From an uncultured Bordetella sp. (lineage in GTDB: Bacteria; Pseudomonadota; Gammaproteobacteria; Burkholderiales; Burkholderiaceae_A): a DNA stretch of 64,000 nt. The position numbers and the translations under genes are program-made. This document shows, in pieces, positions 20,301 through 30,790 of the stretch (the first letter of the stretch is position 1; each line of letters starts with the position of its first letter). The notes under the pieces are model-generated. The model was not told where the DNA came from and did not search any database. It worked only from the letters and a program-made list of their open reading frames with translations. The stretch lies in NCBI GenBank assembly GCA_964467545.1, contig CAYXRY010000008.1:420-64419 (forward strand). Direction: 5' to 3'.

Positions 20301-21328
20301 TTGCCCTGGGGGTCGACCATGCGCCACCACGCGAGATTGTCGATCGCAGTTCCCCAGAGCACTGCCTTTTTGCCACCGGCATTCATGGCAATGTTGCCGC
20401 CAATGCATGACGCATCTGCCGAGGTAGGGTCGACCGCGAACACGAGGCCGGCGGCATCAGCGGCATCCGACACTCGACGGGTCACCACACCAGCTCCGCT
20501 GAAAATTGTTGCCACAGGCTCAGAGACACCCGGCAAGGCCAGACGCTCCACCGCGCCTAAGGCTTCCAGTTTTTCCGTGTTGATCACCGCCGAGCGGGCA
20601 GTCAGCGGCACTGCGCCTCCGGTGTATCCCGTGCCGCCGCCGCGGGGAATGATGGTGAGTCCCGCCTCAATGCATCCACTCACCAGTGCGGGAATCTCTT
20701 GCTCAGCATCCGGGGTGAGCACCACGAAGGGATATTCCACCCGCCAATCTGTTGCATCCGTGACATGAGAGACGCGCGACAGGCCATCGAATCGAATGTT
20801 GTCGGCTGCAGTGACACGGCCAAGAATTTTTTTTACCTGACGACGCAGTTTTGCGGTCTCATCAAACCCTGTGTCAAATCGTGCGACCGCCTGCCGCGCC
20901 AACTCAAGCAGACGGGCGACTTTCTGATCCCGCGATCCGCCAGCAAGCGGCATCGACAGCAGTGCGGGGTCCAGCGCATCTTGTTGCCGTCGACGATCAA
21001 CTTCTCCAAGCCGATGATGCAGGGCGCCGATCAGCTGCTGTCGGCGCTTTGGGTTGTCCAATAAATCATCCTGCAAATAGGGATTTCGAGTCACCGCCCA
21101 GATATCGCCCAAGACCTCGTAGAGCATTCGGGCCGAACGGCCTGTCTTGCGCTCGCCGCGGAGCTCATCAATCAGCGCCCAGCCCTCGGCGCCCAGCACT
21201 CGAATGACAATCTCGCGATCCGAAAACGAGGTGTAGTTATAGGGAATCTCGCGCAGGCGCGCCGGATTTCGGCCGGGATCCGCCCGGTCGAGCCGGGCCA
21301 GTAACAACGGGTTTAACGGGGCATTCAT
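17297..21328 (-). CDS. Large FAD-linked oxidoreductase with Fe-S and Cys-rich domains (DUF3683-type N-terminus)
   Basis: [64 protein letters not shown] motifs. Confidence 0.9.
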   Translation of the reverse strand: MNAPLNPLLLARLDRADPGRNPARLREIPYNYTSFSDREIVIRVLGAEGWALIDELRGERKTGRSARMLYEVLGDIWAVTRNPYLQDDLLDNPKRRQQLIGALHHRLGEVDRRRQQDALDPALLSMPLAGGSRDQKVARLLELARQAVARFDTGFDETAKLRRQVKKILGRVTAADNIRFDGLSRVSHVTDATDWRVEYPFVVLTPDAEQEIPALVSGCIEAGLTIIPRGGGTGYTGGAVPLTARSAVINTEKLEALGAVERLALPGVSEPVATIFSGAGVVTRRVSDAADAAGLVFAVDPTSADASCIGGNIAMNAGGKKAVLWGTAIDNLAWWRMVDPQGNWLEVTRLHHNLGKIHDAEWAQFELAWYRPEQYEASVASSGAVGKMRGEPFRKELLKLEGWRFRRLGLGKDVTDKVLGGLPGIQKEGCDGLITSSRWVLHRMPNHIRTVCLEFFGNAQQAVPSIVEIKNHLDRRPGGALLAGLEHLDERYLRAVGYSTKSKRGSLPKMVLIGDIVGDDDHAVARAASDVIRLANGHAGEGFVAVSPEARKAFWAERARTAAIARHTNAFKINEDVVIPLDRMGQYTNSIEHINIELSIGNKLKVAAACRELLSSQWPAAHLHQTDLTPEQALQEDLERRLVLAASLLESVTQRWSFLLAHLYDHAAEHRAALRELGIDLNESLLAQRLDHQPATQLVELIQDHLVRISWKRELREPLRGILSGGAFAAIVEKIDGTHQEVLRSRVFVALHMHAGDGNVHTNIPVNSDDYDMLQEAHRAVARIMEIAKSLEGVISGEHGIGITKMEFLSDAELDAFHAYKTKVDPHQHFNAGKLLRGGNLDNAYTPSFGLMGAESLIMQQSDIGSIADSFANCLRCGKCKPVCATHVPRANLLYSPRNKILATSLLIEAFLYEEQTRRGVSIKHWEEFSDVADHCTVCHKCLTPCPVDIDFGEVSMNMRNLLRKMGKKKFNPGAAASMLFLNATNPQTITILRKVLMQWGYRAQRVAHDLLKRLAKAQTARPPATAGQPAIREQVIHFVNKKMPGNLPKKTARALLDIEDSAFVPIIRNPNTTTTESEAVFYFPGCGSERLFSQVGLATQAMLWQVGVQTVLPPGYLCCGYPQRGAGQFDKAEKIITDNRVLFHRVANTLNYLDIKTVVVSCGTCYDQLAGYEFEKIFPGCRIVDIHEFLMEKGVRLDQATGVRYMYHDPCHSPMKQHQPLKVVNALINSDVNGKVQKNDRCCGESGTLAVTRPDISTQVRFRKEEEMRKGAQSLREASSAATVKILTACPSCLQGLSRYSEDVSVEADYIVVEIARHLLGEDWLSRYVTDANRGGIERVLV

Positions 21329-21452
21329 GAGGGAAAAAGTGTATCGGAATCGCTTGCGTTCGGCTCCCATTGTCGCCCGAATCAATACTGCCCACGATGC
21401 ATGAACGCGGCCACGGCGTAGGGCTTTGAGTAATTTGGGTTATAAAACGGAC

Positions 21453-22976
21453 ATGGGATCGGATTACCTGAGAAGAATACTGACTGCCCGGGTCTACGAT
21501 GTCGCCCAGGAGACACCGCTTGAGACTGCCAAGGGCCTGAGCCAGCGGCTGGCCAATCGGGTGCTGCTCAAACGCGAAGACATGCAGCCCGTGTTCTCGT
21601 TCAAGTTGCGCGGTGCCTACAACAAAATGGCCCATCTGAGCCGCGAGCAGCTGGCCAAGGGTGTCATTGCGGCCTCGGCAGGCAATCATGCTCAGGGGGT
21701 CGCGCTCTCAGCAAGGCGCATGGCTTGTCGGGCCGTCATCGTCATGCCGGTGACAACGCCAGGTGTAAAAATCGATGCGGTTCGCGCCTTGGGGGGTGAA
21801 GTCGTGCTTCACGGCGATTCCTACTCGGATGCCTACGCCCATGCCATTGAATTACAACGCTCGGAGGGGCTCACGTTTGTCCATCCGTTTGACGATCCCG
21901 ACGTGATTGCTGGCCAGGGCACGATTGCCATGGAGCTGCTTGCCCAATACCAGGATCCGATTGATGCAGTTTTTGTGGCGATCGGCGGCGGCGGCCTCAT
22001 CGCCGGCATCGCTGCCTACCTCAAACAGGTGCGGCCCGATATTCGGGTCATCGGTGTTCAAATGGTCGACTCAGATGCGATGTCGCAGTCTTTGAAAGCT
22101 GGGCAGCGGGTGATACTGCCCGAAGTCGGGCTTTTTTCCGATGGCACCGCAGTAAAACAGGTGGGTGAGGAGACCTTTAGGCTTTGCCAGAAATATGTCG
22201 ACGAGATCGTGTTGGTGGATACCGACGCAGTCTGCGCGGCCATCAAAGATGTTTTCGAAGACAGCCGCGCCATCCTCGAGCCTGCCGGCGCGCTTTCGAT
22301 CGCGGGAATGAAGTCCTGGGTGCAGCAGCAGTCCTGCCGAGATCAAACGCTGGTGGCCATCGCCTGCGGTGCCAATATGAATTTCGATCGACTGCGGTTT
22401 GTCAGCGAGCGGGCTGAGATCGGCGAGCAGCGCGAGGCCGTATTCGCCGTCACCATTCCGGAAGAGCGCGGCAGCTTTAAGCGATTCTGCACTTCGGTCG
22501 GCAACCGCAACGTCACCGAATTTAACTATCGAATCGCCGATGCCCATGCGGCCCATATTTATGTGGGCATCCAAATCCGAAATCGGGATGAGGCCCATCA
22601 GATCGCAGCCGACTTTGCATCTGCCGGCTTTCAGGCCCTGGACCTTACTGATGACGAGCTCGGCAAGTTGCACCTGCGGCACATGGTGGGGGGCCGCTCG
22701 GCCCTGGCGAAAAAAGAGCGGCTCTTTCGATTTGAATTTCCCGAACGGCCGGGCGCGCTGATGCGATTTTTGTCCTCCATGCATCCCGACTGGAATATTT
22801 CGCTATTTCATTACCGTAATCATGGTGCTGATTACGGCCGAATCCTCGTGGGCATCCAGGTTCCCGATCAGAGTGGTCCGGCCCTGCAGGCATTTTTAAA
22901 TCAACTCGGCTATCCCCATTGGGAGGAGACCCAGCACCCCGGCTACCGACTATTTTTATCCGCGTCCGGACTGTAA
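21453..22976 (+). CDS. ilvA: Threonine ammonia-lyase, biosynthetic
   Basis: KREDMQPVFSFKLRGAYN, SAGNHAQG, C-terminal regulatory domains (FEFPERPGAL). Confidence 0.97.
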   Translation: MGSDYLRRILTARVYDVAQETPLETAKGLSQRLANRVLLKREDMQPVFSFKLRGAYNKMAHLSREQLAKGVIAASAGNHAQGVALSARRMACRAVIVMPVTTPGVKIDAVRALGGEVVLHGDSYSDAYAHAIELQRSEGLTFVHPFDDPDVIAGQGTIAMELLAQYQDPIDAVFVAIGGGGLIAGIAAYLKQVRPDIRVIGVQMVDSDAMSQSLKAGQRVILPEVGLFSDGTAVKQVGEETFRLCQKYVDEIVLVDTDAVCAAIKDVFEDSRAILEPAGALSIAGMKSWVQQQSCRDQTLVAIACGANMNFDRLRFVSERAEIGEQREAVFAVTIPEERGSFKRFCTSVGNRNVTEFNYRIADAHAAHIYVGIQIRNRDEAHQIAADFASAGFQALDLTDDELGKLHLRHMVGGRSALAKKERLFRFEFPERPGALMRFLSSMHPDWNISLFHYRNHGADYGRILVGIQVPDQSGPALQAFLNQLGYPHWEETQHPGYRLFLSASGL

Positions 22977-23005
22977 AAAATTTTTACAGTAAGAATCTCT
23001 TACAG
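22971..23005. promoter_or_regulatory. Two tandem GTAA-N7-TTAC palindromes upstream of the orphan response regulator
   Basis: GTAAaaaatttTTAC (22973-22987) and GTAAgaatctcTTAC (22989-23003). Confidence 0.5.
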
Positions 23006-23055
23006 CTGAAAAACCCGAAGCAACTGATTATTGTGTTGGTTTTTTGACCGTCACA

Positions 23056-23751
23056 ATGCAAGTCGCCATCATCGAAGACAGCCCGGAGCAGGGCCGTCAC
23101 CTCTGCCGCCTCTTTGAGTCCTTTGGGACTACCACCGAAGTGTTCGCCTCGGGCCGGAGGTTCTTGCATCGAATTCGCACCACCAGTTTTGATCTGGCTA
23201 CCCTGGATCTGCAGCTTCCCGATATGAACGGACTGGAGATCTTGCAGCAGCTTCAGGCCGAGCGGGAGCTGTTTCATCGTGGGCCTCCGGTGATGATTGT
23301 GTCGGGCCATCATGATTTGGCCACCATGAAGACCGCGTTTTCCAATGGCGCACATGATTTCATCAGCAAACCATTTCGGCCAGATGAGCTGATGATTCGT
23401 GCCGAGGCGATTGCCCGCCGGCATCAGCCCAATCTGTTCTCGGATCGGCCGATTTCGGTGCAGGGAATCGACTTGAATCTGGCCACCCTGCAGGCTTTTT
23501 GCGACGGACAAGAGGTGCCACTGTCGGCGAAGGAATTTCGACTTGCCTGGCTGCTGTTTCATCGGCGCGGCCAGACAGTGGCACGTTCACACATCATGAA
23601 GCTCATCTGGGGCCGCTCGGACTGGCCCAGCTCCCGAACCGTGGATACCCATATTGGCCGAATTCGCCAGAAGCTGGGCCTTGAGTCGCGGCCCGGGCTG
23701 CGTCTGCAGCCAGTGTACGGTGTGGGCTACCGGCTGGATGTTTTCCCGTAA
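23056..23751 (+). CDS. OmpR-family response regulator (no adjacent kinase)
   Basis: IIED, LDLQLPDMNG, DFISKPF; winged helix SRTVDTHIGRIRQKL, VYGVGYRL. Confidence 0.92.
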   Translation: MQVAIIEDSPEQGRHLCRLFESFGTTTEVFASGRRFLHRIRTTSFDLATLDLQLPDMNGLEILQQLQAERELFHRGPPVMIVSGHHDLATMKTAFSNGAHDFISKPFRPDELMIRAEAIARRHQPNLFSDRPISVQGIDLNLATLQAFCDGQEVPLSAKEFRLAWLLFHRRGQTVARSHIMKLIWGRSDWPSSRTVDTHIGRIRQKLGLESRPGLRLQPVYGVGYRLDVFP

Positions 23752-23786
23752 AATCAAGGCCTTAGTCACTCTTGACCACATGATTG

Positions 23787-25073
23787 ATGCAACTCATCAC
23801 GCTGGGACTGAATCATCAGTCCGCCCCACTGCAGCTTCGGGAACGTCTTGCGTTTCCGGGGGATGCCCTGCGTGATGGCCTCAACGAGCTCCGTGCCAGC
23901 TTAAAAGGATTCGCTCCGGAGCAGGCGCTGCTGTCCACCTGCAATCGGACCGAAATGTACCTGGCCGTTGAGCACTCCTCGCAGGCCCGAGGTCAGGCGA
24001 TGGATTGGCTGGCTTGGAAATCCGGCACCCCCGAATCTGAGTTAAGCCCACATGTGTATCAGCTGCCCGATGACCGGGCGGTGCGGCATGCGTTTCGCGT
24101 GGCCTGCGGACTGGACTCCATGGTGCTGGGTGAGCCACAGATTCTTGGACAGATGAAGCTTGCGGCCCGAGAGGCCCAAGAGGCAGGCTGCCTGGGCACG
24201 CATCTTCATCATTTGTTTCAGCAGGCGTTTTCCGTCGCTAAAGAAGTCCGGACCACAACCGAGATTGGTCTGCATTCGGTCTCCATGGCGGCCGCCTCAG
24301 TCAAACTTGCACAACGGATTTTTGGCGATCTATCCGGCACGAAAGTGTTGTTCATTGGCGCCGGTGAAATGATTCAGCTCTCAGCGACGCACTTTGCGGC
24401 CCAGCACCCCAAGCAGGTTGTGGTGGCCAATCGCACCCTGGATCGAGGGGAGCTGCTGGCCAAGGAGTTCGGCGGTGAGGCCATTACGCTGTCGGAGCTG
24501 CCGCTTCGCATGCATGAGTTCGATATTGTGGTGAGCTGCACCGCCAGCACTCTACCCATCATTGGACTGGGCATGATCGAGCGGGCGATCCGCCAACGAA
24601 AGCATCGGCCAATGTTTTTGGTGGATCTTGCGGTGCCCCGTGATATCGAACGCGAAGTCGCTGATCTCCCCGATGCATTTCTCTACACCGTTGATGATTT
24701 GGGCGAACTGATCAAGGAGGGGGCCCAGGCCCGGCAGGATGCCGTCTTGCAGGCAGAGGCCATCATTGATCATGGGGTTCAGAATTTCATTCAGTGGCGT
24801 GATTCGCGCCAGCATGTGCCGGTGATCAAGGCGCTTGCTGAGCATGCCCAGGCCATTCAAGCCGGCGAGCTTGCGCTTGCCCGAAAACGACTGGCCAAAG
24901 GCGAAGACATCGAAGCAGTATTGCAGTCTTTGGCCCATGGTTTATCGCAGAAATACCTTCATGGCGCGTATAGCCAGCTGCATCAAATCGGAAACGACAG
25001 CCCCGAGCATCGTGAACTCAAATCCGAGCTCATTCGTGATCTGTTCGGATTAAATCCCGACCGACACCACTAG
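23787..25073 (+). CDS. hemA: Glutamyl-tRNA reductase
   Basis: [45 protein letters not shown]. Confidence 0.97.
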   Translation: MQLITLGLNHQSAPLQLRERLAFPGDALRDGLNELRASLKGFAPEQALLSTCNRTEMYLAVEHSSQARGQAMDWLAWKSGTPESELSPHVYQLPDDRAVRHAFRVACGLDSMVLGEPQILGQMKLAAREAQEAGCLGTHLHHLFQQAFSVAKEVRTTTEIGLHSVSMAAASVKLAQRIFGDLSGTKVLFIGAGEMIQLSATHFAAQHPKQVVVANRTLDRGELLAKEFGGEAITLSELPLRMHEFDIVVSCTASTLPIIGLGMIERAIRQRKHRPMFLVDLAVPRDIEREVADLPDAFLYTVDDLGELIKEGAQARQDAVLQAEAIIDHGVQNFIQWRDSRQHVPVIKALAEHAQAIQAGELALARKRLAKGEDIEAVLQSLAHGLSQKYLHGAYSQLHQIGNDSPEHRELKSELIRDLFGLNPDRHH

Positions 25074-26153
25074 ATGAAGCCCAGCCTGCTGGCCAAACTC
25101 CAGCAGCTGGCCGAACGCCTTGAGGCGGTCGACCGTCTGCTGTCAGCCCCCGATGTCACCGATCGAATGGATGAGTTCAGAAGGCTCTCCAAAGAGCGCT
25201 CCGATCTGGCGCCGGTGGTAGAGGGATTTCATGACTTTCAACGACTGGAGGCCGACTTATCGGCCGCCCAAGACTGGATCAACGATCCCGAGTTAAAGGA
25301 ATTTGCCCAAGAGGAAATTCTGCGGCTCAAAACAGCGGTCGATGAAAAAGATGCGGACTTGCAGCTCCTGCTGCTGCCAAAGGACCCCAACGACGAACGC
25401 AATGTCATTCTGGAAATTCGCGCCGGCACCGGTGGCGATGAGTCTGCGCTGTTTTCCGCTGATTTATTGCGCATGTATATGCGCTATGCCGAGCGAAACC
25501 GCTGGCAGACCGAGATTCTCTCGGCCCATGAATCGGATCTTGGCGGCTACAAAGAGGTGATTGTGCGAATTGCTGGTAATGGCGCCTACTCGAAATTAAA
25601 GTTTGAGTCCGGCGGCCACCGGGTCCAGCGTGTGCCTCAGACCGAGACCCAGGGCCGAATTCATACCTCGGCCTGCACCGTGGCCGTGCTGCCCGAGGCG
25701 GACGAAGTGGCCGAAGTCAGTTTTTCTCCAGACGAACTGCGCATCGACGTGTTTCGCGCCTCCGGAGCGGGCGGCCAGCATGTCAACAAAACCGAGTCTG
25801 CCGTTCGCATCATCCATCTGCCGACCGGGCTGGTGGCGGAATGCCAAGACGACCGCAGTCAGCACAAAAACAAAGAGCGGGCCTTAAAGGTGCTGGCCGC
25901 CCGAGTCCGAGATCAACAGATGCGTGAACTGCATGCCAAAGAGGCGAGCGCTCGGAAGTTAATGATCGGATCTGGTGACCGCTCGGAACGCATTCGGACT
26001 TATAACTTTCCACAGGGCCGAATCACCGATCACCGCATCAATCTCACGCTCTACAAAATTGATGCCATGATGGACGGCGATCTGGCCGAGCTCACGCAGA
26101 CGCTCATGTCAGAGCATCAGGCGGAGCAGCTCTCAGCGATGGCGGATGCTTAA
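25074..26153 (+). CDS. prfA: Peptide chain release factor 1
   Basis: [10 protein letters not shown], PxT motif (VPQTE), [16 protein letters not shown]. Confidence 0.98.
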   Translation: MKPSLLAKLQQLAERLEAVDRLLSAPDVTDRMDEFRRLSKERSDLAPVVEGFHDFQRLEADLSAAQDWINDPELKEFAQEEILRLKTAVDEKDADLQLLLLPKDPNDERNVILEIRAGTGGDESALFSADLLRMYMRYAERNRWQTEILSAHESDLGGYKEVIVRIAGNGAYSKLKFESGGHRVQRVPQTETQGRIHTSACTVAVLPEADEVAEVSFSPDELRIDVFRASGAGGQHVNKTESAVRIIHLPTGLVAECQDDRSQHKNKERALKVLAARVRDQQMRELHAKEASARKLMIGSGDRSERIRTYNFPQGRITDHRINLTLYKIDAMMDGDLAELTQTLMSEHQAEQLSAMADA

Positions 26154-27009
26154 CGATTTACTGAGCGCATCAGGATTGCCGCGCCGAGAGGGACTGGCCC
26201 TGCTTGAGGCGGCAAGCGGCTGGCGGCGCGAAGCATTGATTGCCCATGGGTCAGATCCCGCCTCCCCGGCTGTTCAAGCACTCTTTACACGACTGGTGGC
26301 GCAGCGACAGCTGGGCACGCCGATTGCCTACTTAACCGGCGAGCGCGAATTCTACGGCCGGCCCTTCTGGGTGAGCCCGGCGACTCTGATTCCGCGGATG
26401 GAGACCGAGCTCTTGATCGACACAGTGATCGCCGAGACGGGCAGCATCGCGCCGCTGCGTCTTTGCGATCTGGGGTCCGGCAGCGGCTGCATCGGTATCA
26501 CGCTGGCACTCGAAATTGAATCGGCAGAGGTCACCGCCACCGACTGTTCAGCAGCCGCATTGCAAGTGGCACGCAACAATGCAGCCCGATTGGGTGTGGA
26601 ATCACGGCTGCGCTTTCGGCAGGGCAACTGGTTTGATGCGCTCGGGCCGGCGGACGCGAAGTTTCACGGCCTGATCAGCAATCCACCATACGTGGCCGCG
26701 GGGGATCCGCATCTGTCTCAAGGGGATCTGCGCTTTGAGCCATCGACCGCCTTGAGCCCATCGTCCACCACCCTGAGGCCGATGGGCCTGCCGACAGACG
26801 GGCTTTCCGATATCGCCGCCCTCGCCGAGGGCGCACGTCACTGGCTTGAACCGGGAGGATTTTTGCTGGTCGAACACGGATCGGAACAGCAGTCTGCCGT
26901 CATGGGCTTGTTCGATCAGGCGGGCCTTATCCGGGTCCGGGGCCTTGTCGATGACCAGTCGCTGCCGCGGGCAGTCATCGGATTTTTAGCCGGCTCAAGT
27001 AAACTTTAA
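26146..27009 (+). CDS. prmC: Release factor glutamine methyltransferase
   Basis: [29 protein letters not shown]; follows prfA. Confidence 0.95.
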   Translation: MLNDLLSASGLPRREGLALLEAASGWRREALIAHGSDPASPAVQALFTRLVAQRQLGTPIAYLTGEREFYGRPFWVSPATLIPRMETELLIDTVIAETGSIAPLRLCDLGSGSGCIGITLALEIESAEVTATDCSAAALQVARNNAARLGVESRLRFRQGNWFDALGPADAKFHGLISNPPYVAAGDPHLSQGDLRFEPSTALSPSSTTLRPMGLPTDGLSDIAALAEGARHWLEPGGFLLVEHGSEQQSAVMGLFDQAGLIRVRGLVDDQSLPRAVIGFLAGSSKL

Positions 27010-27028
27010 GCTTCTTTGGAGGCAGGAC

Positions 27029-27352
27029 ATGGACGCAAAAGAATTCATTCAGAAGACCGTCACCGATCATCCTGTGGTGCTCTTCATGAAAGGCACTGCT
27101 CAATTTCCCCAGTGTGGCTTCTCGGGCCGGGCGATTCAGTTGCTCAAAGCCTGCGACGTAAAAAATGTGGTCACCGTCAATGTATTGGACGACGATCAAA
27201 TTCGTCAGGGTGTCAAAGATTTCTCGAACTGGCCGACGATCCCTCAGCTGTATGTGGCCGGCGAATTTGTCGGCGGCTCTGACATCATGAGCGAGATGTA
27301 CGAAAGCGGAGAGCTGAAGAAAATCCTGGAATCCGCTGGTGCCACCGGGTAA
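27029..27352 (+). CDS. grxD: Monothiol glutaredoxin Grx4
   Basis: FMKG, CGFS, WPTIPQLY, GGSD. Confidence 0.97.
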   Translation: MDAKEFIQKTVTDHPVVLFMKGTAQFPQCGFSGRAIQLLKACDVKNVVTVNVLDDDQIRQGVKDFSNWPTIPQLYVAGEFVGGSDIMSEMYESGELKKILESAGATG

Positions 27353-27388
27353 AACAGAGGGGACGCAGGCCCGATCACCGGGCAGAGA

Positions 27389-27464
<76 letters not shown>

Positions 27465-27471
27465 AACTTTT

Positions 27472-27927
27472 TTATTTTACGCGAGTCAGCTTAGGGCGCC
27501 CGCCTGCGGGCGGGCGCGTTGGCCCATCAGGGCCCGAGGATGACGGTTCGCTGTTGTCACTGAGTTCTTCGACCGCCTGCAGATGGGGCTCGGCCTCAGC
27601 GAGCGGTTTGCTGACCTCGAAGGCCATGCCGTTGCCGGTCTCTTTGGCATAAATCGCCACCACATTTTCAATCGGCACCATGATCTCGTGGACTCGGCCC
27701 GAGAATCTGGCCTGAAAACGAATGAGGTCATTGGCCATCGACAATTGATCCGTGGCAAGGCTGCTGACATTGAGCACAATCTCACCATTGCGAACATGCT
27801 CTTTGGGAACCTGGACCTGCTCGTTGACCGATACCGCCAAATAGGGAGTGAGGCCGTTGTCCGAGCACCACTCATGAATCGCACGGATCAGATAGGGCTT
27901 GGTGGAAGACGGGGTGGAGTCGGCCAT
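27472..27927 (-). CDS. sspB: ClpXP specificity-enhancing factor
   Basis: STKPYLIRAIHEWCSDNGLTPY, FQARFSG, AIYAKETG, C-terminal LTRVK. Confidence 0.96.
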   Translation of the reverse strand: MADSTPSSTKPYLIRAIHEWCSDNGLTPYLAVSVNEQVQVPKEHVRNGEIVLNVSSLATDQLSMANDLIRFQARFSGRVHEIMVPIENVVAIYAKETGNGMAFEVSKPLAEAEPHLQAVEELSDNSEPSSSGPDGPTRPPAGGRPKLTRVK

Positions 27928-27934
27928 GCGGCTT

Positions 27935-28534
27935 TTACCTGCGCATGATTTTTTCGGGAGGTGTCAAGGCCTCAAAAAAGGCAGGCCGCGAAAAAATACG
28001 CTCGGCATACTTCTGCACCGGTGCAGCCGTTTTAGGCAGCTCAATGCCGTAATAATCCAGTCGCCACAACAGAGGTGCCAAGGCGACATCAATCATCGAG
28101 AAGTCCTCGCCCAGCATGAATTTATTTTTGGTGACCACCGGAGCCAGCTGCGCGAGCCGATCCCGGACCAGGACCCGGGCCTTGTCGATTTTCTTGGCGT
28201 CTTGTTTCTCCAGGGCCTCGACATGCACAAAGAGTTCGCGCTCAAAGTTAAACAGCAGCAGCCGAGCCCGGCCGCGCTGGACTGGATCCGCTGGCATCAG
28301 CTGGGGGTGGGGAAACCGCTCATCGATGTACTCATTGATGATGTTGGATTCGTACAGAATCAGATCGCGTTCCACCAGAATCGGCACCTGGCCATAAGGA
28401 TTCATGACCGAGATGTCCTCGGGCTTATTGAAGAGATCGACATCTCGAATCTCAAAGTCCATGCCTTTTTCAAACAGCACAAAACGGCAGCGATGACTAA
28501 AAGGGCAGGTGGTTCCGGAGTAAAGGACCATCAT
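27935..28534 (-). CDS. sspA: Stringent starvation protein A (GST-like)
   Basis: MMVLYSGTTCPFSHRCR, MNPYGQVP, EYIDERFPHPQLMP. Confidence 0.96.
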   Translation of the reverse strand: MMVLYSGTTCPFSHRCRFVLFEKGMDFEIRDVDLFNKPEDISVMNPYGQVPILVERDLILYESNIINEYIDERFPHPQLMPADPVQRGRARLLLFNFERELFVHVEALEKQDAKKIDKARVLVRDRLAQLAPVVTKNKFMLGEDFSMIDVALAPLLWRLDYYGIELPKTAAPVQKYAERIFSRPAFFEALTPPEKIMRR

Positions 28535-28549
28535 GAGGGTGTATTCCTT

Positions 28550-28582
28550 AAAGAAGAAGGGCGGGAAAGAGGCCCCCGCCCT
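28550..28582 (-). terminator. Putative intrinsic terminator/attenuator between petC and sspA
   Basis: 8-bp stem AGGGCGGG/CCCGCCCT followed on the minus strand by TCTTCTTT. Confidence 0.5.
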
Positions 28583-28607
28583 CATGCACAAAAAAGAACT
28601 TCAGCAG

Positions 28608-29297
28608 CTACTTGATGTTTTTCCAGTAGACCTTATTTAAGCGCCAGGCCAGAACAAAGAAAATCGCAAGAAATACCATGACCACCACGCCGATGGTCTT
28701 GCGCGAAAACTGGGCAGGCTCAGAGACATAGTTCAGAAATGCGGCAAGATCTCCCACCATCGAATCAAACTCGGCCGGAGGTTTGGACTTCTGAGCATCC
28801 CAGAGTACATGAGGCATGCCAACCCCCACGTAGGTCTTGTTGTTCCATCCCGTGGGGCGGCTCGCATCTTCGTAATAAGTTCTGAGAAACGTGTAGATCC
28901 AATCGGTGCCCGTACCCGAGTGCGACGAGCGCGAACGTGCAGTCACCGACAGATCGGGAGGGGCGGCACCAAACCAGTCTTTTGCCTCAGCACGATTTAA
29001 GGAGGTGCGAATGTAATCGCCTGGCTTTGCACCGGGTGGCATCACGGCCTTGATCTGCTCTTCGGTCATGCCGATATCGGCGAGCCGGCTGTATCGCATC
29101 GCCGATAGTCCGTGGCAGCCAAGGCAATACGACATAAAGGTCTTGGCGCCATTTTGCATCGCAGCTTTATCGGAGAGCTTTTGGGCGGGAGTCGCATCCA
29201 GGGCCACCGGGCCACCTGCTGCAAATACCCCGGGGGCGGCGATCAACGCCAGCGTCGTGGCCATTGCCGTCAAAAAGGAGGTGAACAATTTTTTCAT
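28608..29297 (-). CDS. petC: Cytochrome c1
   Basis: CLGCH, PPDLS, MPHVLW, C-terminal TM ending YWKNIK. Confidence 0.95.
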   Translation of the reverse strand: MKKLFTSFLTAMATTLALIAAPGVFAAGGPVALDATPAQKLSDKAAMQNGAKTFMSYCLGCHGLSAMRYSRLADIGMTEEQIKAVMPPGAKPGDYIRTSLNRAEAKDWFGAAPPDLSVTARSRSSHSGTGTDWIYTFLRTYYEDASRPTGWNNKTYVGVGMPHVLWDAQKSKPPAEFDSMVGDLAAFLNYVSEPAQFSRKTIGVVVMVFLAIFFVLAWRLNKVYWKNIK

Positions 29298-29320
29298 GAT
29301 GAGGTCCTTGGCGTGGCGCG

Positions 29321-30724
29321 TTAGTGAGGCTTGAACGTCACGCGTTCAGGAACGGGCTTGAAATCGCCAATTCGAGACCAGATCGGCATGAGCGCAAAAA
29401 ACGCAAAGTAAAACACTGTGCCCACCAGCGAATAGGCTTGGCCAAACGGGAAAGGAGGCAGCACGCCGAGATAGCCCAGGATAAAAAAGTTCACCAGAAA
29501 CACCATGTACAGCGCCTTGTGCCAGTTCGGCCGATAACGAATCGACTTCACTGGGCTATGGTCCAGCCAGGGCAAGAAAAACAGAATGACGACGGCACCG
29601 CCCATGATCACCACGCCCCAGAACTTGGCATCAAACACTCGGAAGGTGACGGCCAGAACCAGCAATGCAGCGAGCGCTCCGGCCTTCACTACCAAGGGCC
29701 AGCGGGCACGCAGCACGGCGAGCGCGCCCAGCCCGGCAGACGCCACCATAACCCAGGTGAACAGGTCGGTCACCGCGCGCAGCATGGAATAAAACGGTGT
29801 GAAGTACCAGACCGGAGCGATATGCGGCGGCGTGACCAGCGGATCAGCGGGGATGAAATTATTGAACTCCAGAAAATAGCCCCCCAACTCTGGCGCGAAA
29901 AAAACAACCGCACAAAACAGAATCAGAAAGCCGGCGATTCCCAGAATGTCATGCACCGAGTAATACGGATGAAAGGGAATGCCATCCAGGGGAATGCCGT
30001 CCGCATTTTTGTTTTTCTTGATTTCCACGCCATCGGGATTGTTGGAGCCGACCTCATGCAACGCAATGATGTGGGCCGCCACTAGGCCGACCAGCACCAG
30101 CGGAATGGCAATCACGTGAAAGGCAAAGAAACGATTCAGAGTGGCATCGCCCACCACAAAATCGCCGCGGATCCAGACCGAGAGGTCCGGACCAATCAGG
30201 GGCACAGCAGAAAAGAGATTCACAATCACCTGGGCGCCCCAATAGGACATCTGGCCCCAGGGAAGCAGATAGCCGAAGAAGGCCTCGGCCATCAGGCATA
30301 AAAAGATCGCACAGCCAAAAATCCAGATGAGTTCACGGGGACTGCGATACGAACCATAGATCAGCCCACGCCACATATGGAGGTAGACCACGACGAAAAA
30401 TGCTGAAGCGCCCGTGGAATGCATGTAGCGAATCAGCCAGCCGAAGGGAACCTCGCGCATGATGTACTCCACGCTGGCGAAAGCCACCGGCACGCCTGCG
30501 GCATTCAACGATGCATCTGGCTTGTAGTGCATGGTCAGAAAAATGCCGGTGATGATCTGCAGGGCCAGCACCACCATGGCCAGCGAACCAAAAAAATAAA
30601 AGAAATTAAAGTTCTTCGGAGCGTAGTACTCCGAGAGGTGTTCTTTGTACAGCTTGGTCAGAGGGAATCGGGTATCGATCCATCCGAGTAGGCCGGTGGT
30701 GGTGACATTCTTTTCAGAGGCCAT
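29321..30724 (-). CDS. petB: Cytochrome b
   Basis: IRYMHSTGAS, GYLLPWGQMSYWG, PVWY (beta/gamma-proteobacterial PEWY variant). Confidence 0.97.
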   Translation of the reverse strand: MASEKNVTTTGLLGWIDTRFPLTKLYKEHLSEYYAPKNFNFFYFFGSLAMVVLALQIITGIFLTMHYKPDASLNAAGVPVAFASVEYIMREVPFGWLIRYMHSTGASAFFVVVYLHMWRGLIYGSYRSPRELIWIFGCAIFLCLMAEAFFGYLLPWGQMSYWGAQVIVNLFSAVPLIGPDLSVWIRGDFVVGDATLNRFFAFHVIAIPLVLVGLVAAHIIALHEVGSNNPDGVEIKKNKNADGIPLDGIPFHPYYSVHDILGIAGFLILFCAVVFFAPELGGYFLEFNNFIPADPLVTPPHIAPVWYFTPFYSMLRAVTDLFTWVMVASAGLGALAVLRARWPLVVKAGALAALLVLAVTFRVFDAKFWGVVIMGGAVVILFFLPWLDHSPVKSIRYRPNWHKALYMVFLVNFFILGYLGVLPPFPFGQAYSLVGTVFYFAFFALMPIWSRIGDFKPVPERVTFKPH

Positions 30725-30790
30725 GCAGTTCTCCGCGAGCTCAGGTCTAACTTCTTAACTTAAAAAATTGGAAACACCAGGGGCGAGGAC

